Below are positions 36,096-45,392 of a stretch of DNA of 64,000 nt, piece after piece (the first letter of the stretch is position 1; each line of letters starts with the position of its first letter). The position numbers were made by a program, and so were the translations under genes. The notes beneath the pieces were generated by a model. It saw only the letters and a program-made list of their open reading frames with translations. It ran no database searches and had not been told where the DNA came from. The DNA comes from an uncultured Bacteroidales bacterium (GTDB lineage: Bacteria; Bacteroidota; Bacteroidia; Bacteroidales; WCHB1-69). The stretch covers positions 1,479 to 65,478 of the forward strand of contig CALDIA010000088.1 in the NCBI GenBank assembly GCA_937901455.1. The letters are read 5' to 3'.

Positions 36096-37031
36096 TTATT
36101 TTCTCATACCCCGGAGTGTTGTGGATATTTTCTGTACCAAAGGCTTATGGATAATGGAGACTAAGGGGACGGGGTAGGGTACACCTCCGAAGCTTTGGTA
36201 CATGCGTGCCACGTTAGGGTTGATAGAGCCGTTGAAATCCAATGTCAGGTTGGAGGCTGCATGTTCCCGAATGACTGCGTCCAGCAGCAGGAACATGGGC
36301 TTTTGCGCTGCATAGAGGTAGTCACGGCCAGAGAACCAGAACCATAGGCGCTTGCCATCGCGCACGAACAGAGCCCCGCCGGCCAAGTCACCATCCGTTG
36401 TGCGGGCACTTGCAGTTAACAAGGCATCCTGCTCATTCAGTGCTTTGGCGATGGTGACCAATCTGTCGTAGTCGTCAGGTCCAAAGTGCACGGAATGCTC
36501 TTTGCCGCGGTTTTCCCGGAATAGGCGGATGACGTTTTCCACCACAGGTTCCTGAAAACGGATTCTTACCTGCTGCCGCTCGGCATCTTTGATGTTGCGT
36601 TGCGTGTTATGGGCATAACCAGCGCGCAATGCCTCATACGATGCTTGCAACTTTAGTTCATGTGAGGTTAGCATGGCTGTAGGGCAGTCAGTTCGGTTGC
36701 CTGTGTTCAAGATTATGTCAGCAACGGCATATTTTTCCGGGATGGCATCCATGAATGCCTTGGTCTGTTCAATTGATACGGTACCAGGGGCGAAAATGCC
36801 CATTTGGGGCAGGAAGAAGGGCGTGTATATATAAGGTATGCCCCATTTTTTGCGAGTGGGCAGTGGCATGACCGCCTCATAGTCGCCCTGCACTAATGCA
36901 TGCCATGTGTTGGGTTGTGTTAGCTGCCCAAGCAGCTCATAATGGCAGAAAACGGTTGAGAACAGGGCGTTGTCAACCGTTTGATTCCACTTTTCAGGGT
37001 CAATATCCTTATTATTTACAAACTGGATCAT
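36096..37031 (-). CDS. FemAB-like / GNAT-fold acyltransferase family protein, function unknown
   Basis: 311 aa. The N-terminal 'WNQTV.......VF...ELL' and C-terminal 'LDFNGSINPNVARMYQSFGG' pattern resembles the Acetyltransf_6 / FemAB-like family. Its start overlaps the gpsA stop by 4 nt. Confidence 0.45.
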   Translation of the reverse strand: MIQFVNNKDIDPEKWNQTVDNALFSTVFCHYELLGQLTQPNTWHALVQGDYEAVMPLPTRKKWGIPYIYTPFFLPQMGIFAPGTVSIEQTKAFMDAIPEKYAVADIILNTGNRTDCPTAMLTSHELKLQASYEALRAGYAHNTQRNIKDAERQQVRIRFQEPVVENVIRLFRENRGKEHSVHFGPDDYDRLVTIAKALNEQDALLTASARTTDGDLAGGALFVRDGKRLWFWFSGRDYLYAAQKPMFLLLDAVIREHAASNLTLDFNGSINPNVARMYQSFGGVPYPVPLVSIIHKPLVQKISTTLRGMRK

Positions 37032-38077
37032 ACAAAATGTTCGGCAATGCGCTTCATTTCTGAGGAGACGTTGTTGTTCTCGTAGAGGATGCCGTAGATG
37101 GTTTCCACAATAGGAATATTGGCTTGTTGCTTTTTGTTGATCTCGTGCACGCAGCGGCAGGCGGTATAACCTTCCGACACCATGCGCAACTCCATGAGCG
37201 AAACGCGGACCGATAGGCCGTGACCTATCATGATGCCGAAGAGACGGTTGCGGCTGTAGGTGGAGTAGGCAGTCACCAACAAGTCGCCAAGATAAACGGA
37301 GTCAGAGATATGCCGTTCCTCGTTGGGGTAAACATGGGAGACAAAGTATTTCATCTCCTTCACGCAGTTGGCCACATAGGCAGCGATGAAGTTGTCGCCA
37401 TAGCCCAAGCCGCTGTATATACCGGCACCTAAGGCGTAAATGTTCTTCAACACAATGGAGAGTTCTGCCCCCATCAAGTCTTGTGATACGGAAGCGCGGC
37501 AGTAGCGGTTGGTGAAAAACTTGGCCACGATGCTGGCTAACTCGCTGTTGACCGACGCGGCTGTCAGATAGGTGAATTTCTCCTGCGCAATTTCTTCGGC
37601 ATGGGAGGGGCCACTGATAAGGCAGAGGTTCTCCACCGGCACCTTGAATTGCGTTTGCATATAGTCGCTGATCAGTTGCATGGTTTCCGGTACAATGCCC
37701 TTTACGGCCAGGATAATCTTTTTTTTGTGCAACTGACTTCGCTTCTGCAAAGGTTCTAAACTTTGGTGCAGGTATGCGGATGGCGTGACAATGATGACGT
37801 AGTCGGACTTGGAGACCACCGAGCGTATGTCGGTGCTGACTCTGACTTCTTCAGGATTGATGAAGACCGAGCTGAGATACTTTGGGTTATGGCCGTAATT
37901 AGCAATACCCTCAGCCACTTCTTCTTCGCGCACCCACCAATGGATATGCTCCAGATTGGCGGAGATAATCTTGATGATGGCGGTTGCCCAACTGCCACCT
38001 CCTATGACGGCCACACGATAGCGCAAGCGGGTTTTCTTGCTGCGCGGAATCATAGGAGTATATTCTGAATTCGCCAT
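37028..38077 (-). CDS. gpsA: NAD(P)H-dependent glycerol-3-phosphate dehydrogenase
   Basis: 349 aa with a Rossmann fold 'VAVIGGGSWATAI', 'KGI', 'GPSHAEE' and 'NRLFG' blocks. Confidence 0.9.
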   Translation of the reverse strand: MANSEYTPMIPRSKKTRLRYRVAVIGGGSWATAIIKIISANLEHIHWWVREEEVAEGIANYGHNPKYLSSVFINPEEVRVSTDIRSVVSKSDYVIIVTPSAYLHQSLEPLQKRSQLHKKKIILAVKGIVPETMQLISDYMQTQFKVPVENLCLISGPSHAEEIAQEKFTYLTAASVNSELASIVAKFFTNRYCRASVSQDLMGAELSIVLKNIYALGAGIYSGLGYGDNFIAAYVANCVKEMKYFVSHVYPNEERHISDSVYLGDLLVTAYSTYSRNRLFGIMIGHGLSVRVSLMELRMVSEGYTACRCVHEINKKQQANIPIVETIYGILYENNNVSSEMKRIAEHFV

Positions 38078-38102
38078 GATGGTTTAACTTTTTTTAAGGC
38101 TG

Positions 38103-38110
38103 CAAAAATA
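38103..38110 (-). promoter_or_regulatory. Candidate -7 box for gpsA
   Basis: The minus strand reads TATTTTTG, 26 nt upstream of ATG 38077, inside the loop/stem of an 8-bp inverted repeat (38097-38133). Confidence 0.4.
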
Positions 38111-38175
38111 GAAAAAATAATGGAATGCAGCCTAAAAAAATCTTAATAAACCTAAATTTAGTATTTGAATAAGGA

Positions 38176-38937
38176 TTAAAGATGTGTCCGATGGTAACCA
38201 TATTGGGTATCCAACGCTTTTTCCTGTTTTTCGTCGAAGATGCGTCTCATGCCGGAGGCCTTAATTTTGGCGGGGGCTCCGGCTAAGAGGCAATAAGGCT
38301 CGCATGAGGAAAAGTCTTTGTTGACAAGGCTGTTGGAGGCTATGACGGTCCAGGGGGCCACTTGCGCACCCTTGGCGATGGTGGTGCGGTTGCCCACCCA
38401 TGTGTTGGCACCAATCTCCACAGCCCTCGTAAGTTTAGGGATTTCATGGTTATGTTCCGTGAGCTCGATATAGTGGAAGGAAGAGTCCATGATTTGCACG
38501 TCCCAGGCCATCCGCACATTTTTGCCGAAGGTGATCCGGTCAAAACACAATATCCTGACATTGGTGCCGAATATTTGCTCGTCGCCCCCGATGGTCAGCG
38601 TGGCACCATCAGCCACAAGCACATACGAACCCATCATGAAGCGTGTGTTTCCCTGAATAACCATCGTGCCCCGGATGTTCCAGATGCTCCGTTGAACACT
38701 CGTGGCCACATAATAGTCGTTTTTCCCGATCTTCACCATGCCTGGGTGCAACTTCTCGCCCGTGTCAAAAATAATCTTCCCGGAAGTACTCCGCATAGTC
38801 ATCTTTCCATACACAAAGAAAGGCAACCGACACGCCTCCCGAAACGACAACATCCTAAAGTTGAACCATAGGGTCTTCAACAAGTTGGTCTTTAATAATG
38901 TCTTGAATAATTTGAAATAGGACATGGACAATGACAA
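38176..38937 (-). CDS. Left-handed beta-helix (hexapeptide-repeat) acyltransferase
   Basis: 253 aa with imperfect hexapeptide repeats ('VEIGANTWVGNRTTIAKGAQVAPWTVIASNSLV'), as in CPS/O-antigen O-acetyltransferases. Confidence 0.75.
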   Translation of the reverse strand: MSLSMSYFKLFKTLLKTNLLKTLWFNFRMLSFREACRLPFFVYGKMTMRSTSGKIIFDTGEKLHPGMVKIGKNDYYVATSVQRSIWNIRGTMVIQGNTRFMMGSYVLVADGATLTIGGDEQIFGTNVRILCFDRITFGKNVRMAWDVQIMDSSFHYIELTEHNHEIPKLTRAVEIGANTWVGNRTTIAKGAQVAPWTVIASNSLVNKDFSSCEPYCLLAGAPAKIKASGMRRIFDEKQEKALDTQYGYHRTHL

Positions 38938-38948
38938 AAAGTGTTAAA

Positions 38949-40409
38949 CTATTTATTTTTTTGGTGTGCTTTCCAACGTTCTAATAAGATTTCTTTGTAA
39001 GTTTGGTAAGCCTCGAAGTGGCAAAGGTGAGATATCAGCAAGTAAATGGCTGTATATAAGGCAATCTGGATACACATGAGCAGGTACTGGTTGATGGGTA
39101 TTACCTGTCCTAACAGATAGGTGCCTACCCCGACAAGGATGGAGGTGAGGTAGTAGATGCCCACATCTTTTATCTGTGCCAGGATGCCGTAACCGATGAG
39201 ATGCTTGTTGACCCCTGCGTTGATGAAAAAGCAGATATAGCCTACCGCCGTAACGGCCCATAGCAGTCCGTAAATCCCAAAATGGAACCCCAAAATGATC
39301 AGTCCAATGCCTATCAGTCGTTTGGAAACTTGCACAATGAGGTAGATACCGCTGCGCCCCAGAGACTTGATGACGTTGGTGTTCAAGGTGTTCAAGGTGT
39401 AGATCATGCTGGAAAGGCACAGAATTTGGAAGTAAGGAACGGAAGTGTCCCAGCGCATTCCATAAAGCAAATGGATTAGCGGGGAGGCAACCACTATCAA
39501 CATGGCAAACAATGGCATGTTTAGGTAAGTGATGGATTTCACCGTTTTGCGCAGGGAGGAGAGCAGGTGCTGTTTGTCATCTTGCAGGGAAGCAAAGGCC
39601 GGGAAAGAGACATCGTTTACCACAGAGGAGAGAGCATTGGTAGGCATCTCTTCCAGTTTTCGTGCTTGTGAGTAAAAACCCAAGTCCTTGGGAGAGTACC
39701 ATTTGCCGATGATGAAGCTCTGGAGGTTGGTGTATATGGTTTCTACCAAAGAGGATAGTAGCATTAGTCCGCCAAAACTGAACAGTTCCTTGAGGGATGT
39801 CATACTGAATTCCAGGGAGGGCCGCCAGGAGCTCATTTTCCATAATAGCAGCACACTGGTCATGGAGGAAACAATAGCAGATGCCACCAGGCTCCAGACT
39901 CCAAAGCCCATCAAGGCCATGGTGACGGCAACTATCATGCCAGCCAGCGCGGCACAAATGCTACGGGTGGACAGCTCCTTGAAACGCATCTGCTTCTGCA
40001 ACTGATTGGATTGTACCAAGGAAAAGGATTGAATCAATAATACCAGGCTTTGCACTCTCAGCACATCGCGCAACTGCGGCATCTCGTAAAAACGCCCAAT
40101 AGCTGGGGCTGTGAAGAATAGCAGCAGGTAGAAGATAATCGACATGACAATGTTCCAGTAGAAGACGGTGGTATAGTCGATGTGGGTGGGCTCCTTTTTT
40201 TGAATGAGGGCAGATCCTAAGCCACCGCTAACAAATACGCTGGAGATGGCGATGAAGACGTATAGCATAGCGATGCAACCAAAATCTTCTGGCATCAGCA
40301 GTCGCGCCAGCACCATATTGGAGATGAAGGTGATGCCCATCGAGCCGACCTTGCCTATGCTGCTCCATATCATTCCCGATATTGTTCTGTTTTTCAGGCT
40401 GTCCTGCAT
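38949..40409 (-). CDS. Wzx-type oligosaccharide flippase (MOP/PST family)
   Basis: 486 aa with about 12-14 TM segments and an N-terminal 'GMIWSSIGKVGSMGITFISNMVLARLLMPEDFG', typical of polysaccharide biosynthesis / flippase proteins. Confidence 0.8.
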   Translation of the reverse strand: MQDSLKNRTISGMIWSSIGKVGSMGITFISNMVLARLLMPEDFGCIAMLYVFIAISSVFVSGGLGSALIQKKEPTHIDYTTVFYWNIVMSIIFYLLLFFTAPAIGRFYEMPQLRDVLRVQSLVLLIQSFSLVQSNQLQKQMRFKELSTRSICAALAGMIVAVTMALMGFGVWSLVASAIVSSMTSVLLLWKMSSWRPSLEFSMTSLKELFSFGGLMLLSSLVETIYTNLQSFIIGKWYSPKDLGFYSQARKLEEMPTNALSSVVNDVSFPAFASLQDDKQHLLSSLRKTVKSITYLNMPLFAMLIVVASPLIHLLYGMRWDTSVPYFQILCLSSMIYTLNTLNTNVIKSLGRSGIYLIVQVSKRLIGIGLIILGFHFGIYGLLWAVTAVGYICFFINAGVNKHLIGYGILAQIKDVGIYYLTSILVGVGTYLLGQVIPINQYLLMCIQIALYTAIYLLISHLCHFEAYQTYKEILLERWKAHQKNK

Positions 40410-40418
40410 GATGGCGTC

Positions 40419-41504
40419 CTATTTTTCGATAGCTTTTTCTATATCCAGGATGGAAACGGATTCTTTTTGCAACAGGTATTCGATGGTGCGGGCTTCGGCG
40501 CGCAGATCTGTTTCCAGCAGGGCGGAGGCCAGTGTGATGATGGCATCGGCAATGGAGGTGTCCACGCCAGCCACCCTGCCGATGGAGGTGAAAAGCCCCA
40601 CGCCCATGGGAACATCCTCTGTCAGGTAACGGTGCCGAATAGAGGAGGGCCCTTTGTTAGCAGCGTTGGAGAAGGAACGGAAAACCTCCATGGCATCGAC
40701 AGAGAGGTCCTCCTCATTACGCCACTTGGCCGCATCAAAGTAGTTCAACGGTTCGCACCCGAATGATTTTAGCACTTCGTTTTTTTGCTTGTCGAATGCA
40801 TGGATCACATGTATTACCGATTCGGTGAAGGCTTCCTTGTACATCCAGAATTCGCCGCCGCTGTGCTCTATTCTTGAGGCTGAGAATAGAATGCCGATGG
40901 GGTGTACCATCATGTTGGGGTTATGAATGGCCGACTCTAAAATGTGCCGTCTGGAGTAGCGGGTATTGTCAAAAAGCTTGGAGAAGATGGAGAGCACTTG
41001 GCGGGTGGCTTCGGTGGGCAGCACAGAAATGGCGTTGCGGGGGTTGTAGAAGGTGATGTGCACATACAGCTGGTCCACAATGCGCCCGTTGTAGGCGGTG
41101 GTCTCCCACTCGCTGAAGAGCACGTTTTTGTGGATGTATTTCTTAAAGATCAGGCTTCCCATATAACCGGGTATCAGTACGATGAGTTGTCCATCGCGCA
41201 CAAAAGGCGCAATCAGTCGGGCTACCTGCTCGTGCTGGGCCGTGGTGGTCATCACCATTAGGATGTCGGCAAAGGTGACGGCCTTTTCCACATCACGGGT
41301 GATGAACTCAGGCTTGGCAAAGAATCGCTTGCCATGTTGGGTTTCATCCAGCACATTGAAACCTCCTGTCTCGCACATGGTGTTGAAAAATTCGGCTTGG
41401 GCTGTCGTGGAGGTTTTGAGCAGGCCAACCTTTGCGTGGCGCTCTATCAGCTTGGCGGCATGAACCATGCCCGCATTGCCGCAACCAATGATTGTAATGT
41501 TCAT
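40419..41504 (-). CDS. NAD/NADP octopine/nopaline dehydrogenase family protein (opine dehydrogenase-like)
   Basis: 361 aa. It has an N-terminal 'ITIIGCGNAGMVHAAKL' Rossmann motif, 'ESAIHNPNMMVHP', and a C-terminal 'RYLTEDVPMGVGLFTSIGRVAGVDTSIADAIITLAS' as in the Octopine_DH domain. Confidence 0.75.
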   Translation of the reverse strand: MNITIIGCGNAGMVHAAKLIERHAKVGLLKTSTTAQAEFFNTMCETGGFNVLDETQHGKRFFAKPEFITRDVEKAVTFADILMVMTTTAQHEQVARLIAPFVRDGQLIVLIPGYMGSLIFKKYIHKNVLFSEWETTAYNGRIVDQLYVHITFYNPRNAISVLPTEATRQVLSIFSKLFDNTRYSRRHILESAIHNPNMMVHPIGILFSASRIEHSGGEFWMYKEAFTESVIHVIHAFDKQKNEVLKSFGCEPLNYFDAAKWRNEEDLSVDAMEVFRSFSNAANKGPSSIRHRYLTEDVPMGVGLFTSIGRVAGVDTSIADAIITLASALLETDLRAEARTIEYLLQKESVSILDIEKAIEK

Positions 41505-41522
41505 CTTGACGGATGTGTTGGT

Positions 41523-42347
41523 TTAAATCTCAGGTAGCATTTCGCAGATTAACTTCACCATGTTAGGCTCAGCACCAGTGGCAGCGGCTAACACTTCTTC
41601 ATGGGTAGCCTCCATGACTTGACCCACAATGCCTAAGTCGGTGATGACCGAAAAGGCGAAGACCTCCAACCCGCGATAAACACCTACGATGGCTTCCGGA
41701 ACTGTGGACATGCCCACGGCATCAGCCCCTAAAATGTAGTAGGCCTTATACTCAGACGGAGTCTCAAAACAAGGCCCTGAAACCCCAATGTAAACGCCTT
41801 CCTGTACATGAATGCCCAAAGCTTTGGCCTTTTGGTGGGCTATCTTCAGTAGCCGCGGCGAATAGACTTGACTCATATTGGGGAAGCGAGGCCCTAAGGT
41901 GTCGTCGTTAGGCCCAAGCAGTGGATTGGAGCCGAACATGTTGATGTGGTCTCGGATCAACATGATGTCGCCTACTTGGAAAGTGGGGTTCATGCCCCCG
42001 GCAGCGTTCGACAAGATGAGGGTCTTAACTCCTAAACCGGCAAAAACATGCTCTGGGTAGGTGACGGTCTGCATGGGATATCCCTCATAATAGTGAAAAC
42101 GGCCGTTTAGTACAACGACTTCCACCTGATTGAGCCGACCAAAGATTAAAGTTCCTTTATGCCCCTTCACCGTGGAGACAGGAAAATTGGGGATTTCCCC
42201 GTAAGGGATTTCATCAAGAATCTCGATTTCTTTGGTGAGTCCTCCCAACCCAGACCCAAGCACGATGGCGATTTTGGGCTGTATGGTCATTCTGTTTTGC
42301 AAAAATTCGATGGTTTTCTGTAGTGTTTCACGTCTCTCTTCTAACAT
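41523..42347 (-). CDS. Purine nucleoside phosphorylase (PNP family I, inosine/guanosine type)
   Basis: 274 aa with 'LGSGLG', 'STVKGHKGTLIFG', 'GRFHYYEGY', 'SNAAGG' and 'GMSTVPE'. Confidence 0.9.
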   Translation of the reverse strand: MLEERRETLQKTIEFLQNRMTIQPKIAIVLGSGLGGLTKEIEILDEIPYGEIPNFPVSTVKGHKGTLIFGRLNQVEVVVLNGRFHYYEGYPMQTVTYPEHVFAGLGVKTLILSNAAGGMNPTFQVGDIMLIRDHINMFGSNPLLGPNDDTLGPRFPNMSQVYSPRLLKIAHQKAKALGIHVQEGVYIGVSGPCFETPSEYKAYYILGADAVGMSTVPEAIVGVYRGLEVFAFSVITDLGIVGQVMEATHEEVLAAATGAEPNMVKLICEMLPEI

Positions 42348-43423
42348 AACTGTTGTATTATCCGGTTAAAGTTCAGTTTCTCTTCTTCAAATATGAATTG
42401 CACCATGATGGGCAAGATGAAAATAGGAAGCGAAGATACGCTTTTTTTCAATACCTTATCTTGTATGCGCATCCAGTCTTTTTCGGTGGTCAGGATGGGT
42501 AATTGCCTTCCAATGCTGTCGTATGTCTGTTGAATATGCCGTATGTCAGCCAAAGTATAACGTTGATGGTCAGCATATTGGATGTGGTTGACTATATGGA
42601 ATTGAGACTCCAAGTAGTCCACCATGGGCTGGGAGTGGCCGATGCCCGTGACAAGAAGTATGTCGGTGACATTTTCGGTGGAAAAAGATTGGGCGGCTGG
42701 GGTGACAGGAATGGGGGCCAAGTATTGGTACGAGGTAAAGAAAAGTGGCTGCTGCGGGGTGAGTTGTAGCCTTTGCCGCCAAGCCTCCTTCTGGATTGTC
42801 TGCGGGTCTGCGGTTGTTTTGGTGACAATGACCATGTCGGCATCGGCAATGGCGGAGGGGAATTCGCGCAGTCGGCCGGCGGGCATGGGGTAGTCCTGAT
42901 AATAGGGCCAGGAGTATTCGGTGAGCACAATGTTGATGTCGGCTTTGAGAGAGAGGTGTTGGAAAGCATCGTCCAAGATGATGATGTCGGTGTCGGGAGC
43001 GTCAAGGCATAATTTACGGATGCCCTCCAGCCGGTTGCCGTCCACAGCCAAAGGTAGCTCCGGGTGGATGGAATGCAGTAGCAAAGGCTCATCGCCAATA
43101 CATTCAGCGGTAAGGGACTCTTCATTGCTGTTGGCAAAAACATAGCCGTGCGTGTTGCGTCCGTAGCCGCGACTGAGGAGGGCGGGCTGGTGGTTTTCCT
43201 TCAACAGGCTGAGCAGATACTCCACGTGAGGGGTCTTCCCAGTGCCGCCTACCGCGATGTTGCCCACATTGATGGTGGGCACATCGGCTTTTCGGGAATG
43301 GAAGATGCCTTTTCTGTAGCAGAAGCGTCGTAGCCGGGTGATCTGGCCGAATAGCCAACCGACAGGAATGAGTATGCGGCGGACTCTGCGCGGAATATGA
43401 ATTTTAATGCGCGTCATGGTCAA
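42341..43423 (-). CDS. lpxK: Tetraacyldisaccharide 4'-kinase
   Basis: 360 aa with the P-loop 'VGNIAVGGTGKTPHVEYL' and 'LSRGYGR'. It overlaps the PNP start by 7 nt and the phoH end by 20 nt. Confidence 0.9.
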   Translation of the reverse strand: MTMTRIKIHIPRRVRRILIPVGWLFGQITRLRRFCYRKGIFHSRKADVPTINVGNIAVGGTGKTPHVEYLLSLLKENHQPALLSRGYGRNTHGYVFANSNEESLTAECIGDEPLLLHSIHPELPLAVDGNRLEGIRKLCLDAPDTDIIILDDAFQHLSLKADINIVLTEYSWPYYQDYPMPAGRLREFPSAIADADMVIVTKTTADPQTIQKEAWRQRLQLTPQQPLFFTSYQYLAPIPVTPAAQSFSTENVTDILLVTGIGHSQPMVDYLESQFHIVNHIQYADHQRYTLADIRHIQQTYDSIGRQLPILTTEKDWMRIQDKVLKKSVSSLPIFILPIMVQFIFEEEKLNFNRIIQQLC

Positions 43424-44441
43424 CGTTGCTCTCTGTTACTTCTGAACTGGCCACAGTCTTGCGCGCTAATCGGGCCTCTTTTGCTCGCTCTGCCTGCTCA
43501 TTCTCAAAAGCCTCGTAGCTCCGGATAATCTTAGTCACCAGATGGTGCCGCACCACGTCCTTAGTGTCCATATAGATAAAATCAATGCCGGGTATCTTCC
43601 CCAAAATGCGGTTGGCCTGAATGAGTCCCGACTGTTGGTTCTTAGGCAGATCTATCTGGGTGATGTCACCGGTGATAAAGAACTTGGCATTTTTACCCAT
43701 ACGGGTGAGGAACATCTTTAACTGTGCGGAGGTGGCATTCTGCGCCTCGTCAAGGATGACGTATGCATTGTCAAGGGTGCGGCCGCGCATGAAAGCGAGG
43801 GGTGCAATCTCAATCACCTTGTCCTCCATATAGCTCATCAGTTTCTGCATAGGCATCATATCCCAAAGGGCATCGTAGAGTGGTTGTAGATAGGGGTCGA
43901 GTTTGTCGCGCAGGTCACCGGGCAGAAAGCCGAGGTTTTCGCCGGCCTCTACCGCCGGGCGGGTGAGGATGATTCGGCGTATCTGCTTGTTCTTTAAGGC
44001 TCTTACGGCTAATGCCACTGCCGTATAAGTTTTGCCCGTGCCAGCAGGGCCCACTACGAAGACCATGTCGTTCTTTTCGGCACTCTCCACCAATCGCTTC
44101 TGGTTGGGTGTGATGGCCTTGATAGCCTTGCCCTCCCGACCATAAAGGATAACGTTCTTGTCGCCACTGTTCAACCGGTAGAAATTGTCGTCTTCCAAAG
44201 CCGATATGTTCAGAATGTCCGTCTCGGTCAATTTTCCGAATTGCTCCAGATGGCTTTTCAGAAGATGAAGCCTGCTTTCAAAGAGCTCTACCTCACTGTC
44301 TTCGCCAATGACCTTCAAGACGTTCCCGCGCGCAACAATCTTCAGCTTGGAGAAGATGTGTGAGAGCAATTCTATATTGCTGTTCTGAGGACCAAATAGC
44401 CCTACGGCCTCTGATGGTTCTATTTCTATGATTCTTTCCAT
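43404..44441 (-). CDS. phoH: PhoH family ATPase (PhoH-like with N-terminal KH-like region)
   Basis: 345 aa with 'GPAGTGKTYTAVALAV', 'LTRPAVEAGE.LGFLPGD' and 'ILDEAQN'. Confidence 0.9.
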   Translation of the reverse strand: MERIIEIEPSEAVGLFGPQNSNIELLSHIFSKLKIVARGNVLKVIGEDSEVELFESRLHLLKSHLEQFGKLTETDILNISALEDDNFYRLNSGDKNVILYGREGKAIKAITPNQKRLVESAEKNDMVFVVGPAGTGKTYTAVALAVRALKNKQIRRIILTRPAVEAGENLGFLPGDLRDKLDPYLQPLYDALWDMMPMQKLMSYMEDKVIEIAPLAFMRGRTLDNAYVILDEAQNATSAQLKMFLTRMGKNAKFFITGDITQIDLPKNQQSGLIQANRILGKIPGIDFIYMDTKDVVRHHLVTKIIRSYEAFENEQAERAKEARLARKTVASSEVTESNVDHDAH

Positions 44442-44444
44442 ATT

Positions 44445-45359
44445 CTATTCTACTACAAGATACTCCAGTGGGTTGATGGGGAAACCGTTATACCAAAGTT
44501 CAAAGTGGAGGTGTTTTTTGCCGGTGCCTTTTGTGTCGGAACTACCCATCAGCGCGATGGGAGTGCCAGCCGTCACGCGTGCTCCAGTCTTTTTCAATAG
44601 CGATGTATTGTTCTTATAGATGGATATAAGATTGCCTGGATGCTGTACCATGATGACATATCCATCAGCGGAATTAAAATAGGTGGAAATGACGACACCA
44701 TCGGCCACGGAAGTGACCGTGTTGCGGTCGTTATGGGCGATATCGATGCCATAATGACCCTTCACTACATCGAAAAGGCGTACCACAGCACCTATTGCGG
44801 GTGGGTAGATATTGAGGTTGGTAATCTTGGCCTGTTCGATATTGGGAATGCCGCCGCTGTTTCCCATGCCCTCTTCGTTGCGCGCCAAAATCATGTCCGA
44901 CTCTTCCAAAAGTTCATTGGTGGCGGCCATCCGCTCTTTGTCGCGCATGGTAGTATGCACCGAAGGCGTCTTGGCAGCATCTTCGTCCATCTCCTCCGCA
45001 GTGGGCACTTCATCGGCCAAAAGGGTGGAGAAATGGTCAATGTATTGTTGGTTGTATTTGATGACCTGCTCTAAGGAGTCAATATGCTCCACGGCCTGCT
45101 TGTACAATTTGTAGTCGTTCTTGGTTGTGTATCCCGGAATATACATACGCAGAGGCGTAAGCGCAATGAGTATAGTGGTTAAAATGATGACCACAAAAGC
45201 AGCGATGACTCCCACTACAAATATCTTCTGAATAGTCAGCCTTTTGATGACCCACTGCTGCTCATGGGTCTGCTCGTTGGAGAATACAATCCTGTAGTGG
45301 GTCTTCCACTCACTCTTGATGATATTCCATATTTTCTTCAGCTTTTGAAATTTTCCCAT
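44445..45359 (-). CDS. M23 family metallopeptidase, membrane-anchored
   Basis: 304 aa with one TM segment and a C-terminal LytM domain ('GHYGIDIA', 'VMVQHPGNLISIYKN', 'HLHFELW'). Confidence 0.85.
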   Translation of the reverse strand: MGKFQKLKKIWNIIKSEWKTHYRIVFSNEQTHEQQWVIKRLTIQKIFVVGVIAAFVVIILTTILIALTPLRMYIPGYTTKNDYKLYKQAVEHIDSLEQVIKYNQQYIDHFSTLLADEVPTAEEMDEDAAKTPSVHTTMRDKERMAATNELLEESDMILARNEEGMGNSGGIPNIEQAKITNLNIYPPAIGAVVRLFDVVKGHYGIDIAHNDRNTVTSVADGVVISTYFNSADGYVIMVQHPGNLISIYKNNTSLLKKTGARVTAGTPIALMGSSDTKGTGKKHLHFELWYNGFPINPLEYLVVE

Positions 45360-45392
45360 ACGTGATGCGACAAATCAGGGTGCAAAGATACA

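Noticed and set aside
38097-38133. An 8-bp inverted repeat, AGGCTGCA...TGCAGCCT, between the acyltransferase gene and gpsA, considered as a terminator.
   Set aside because: No U-run follows it on the transcribed (minus) strand, and the loop is 21 nt. It overlaps the gpsA candidate -7 box, so it is more likely promoter-associated or fortuitous.
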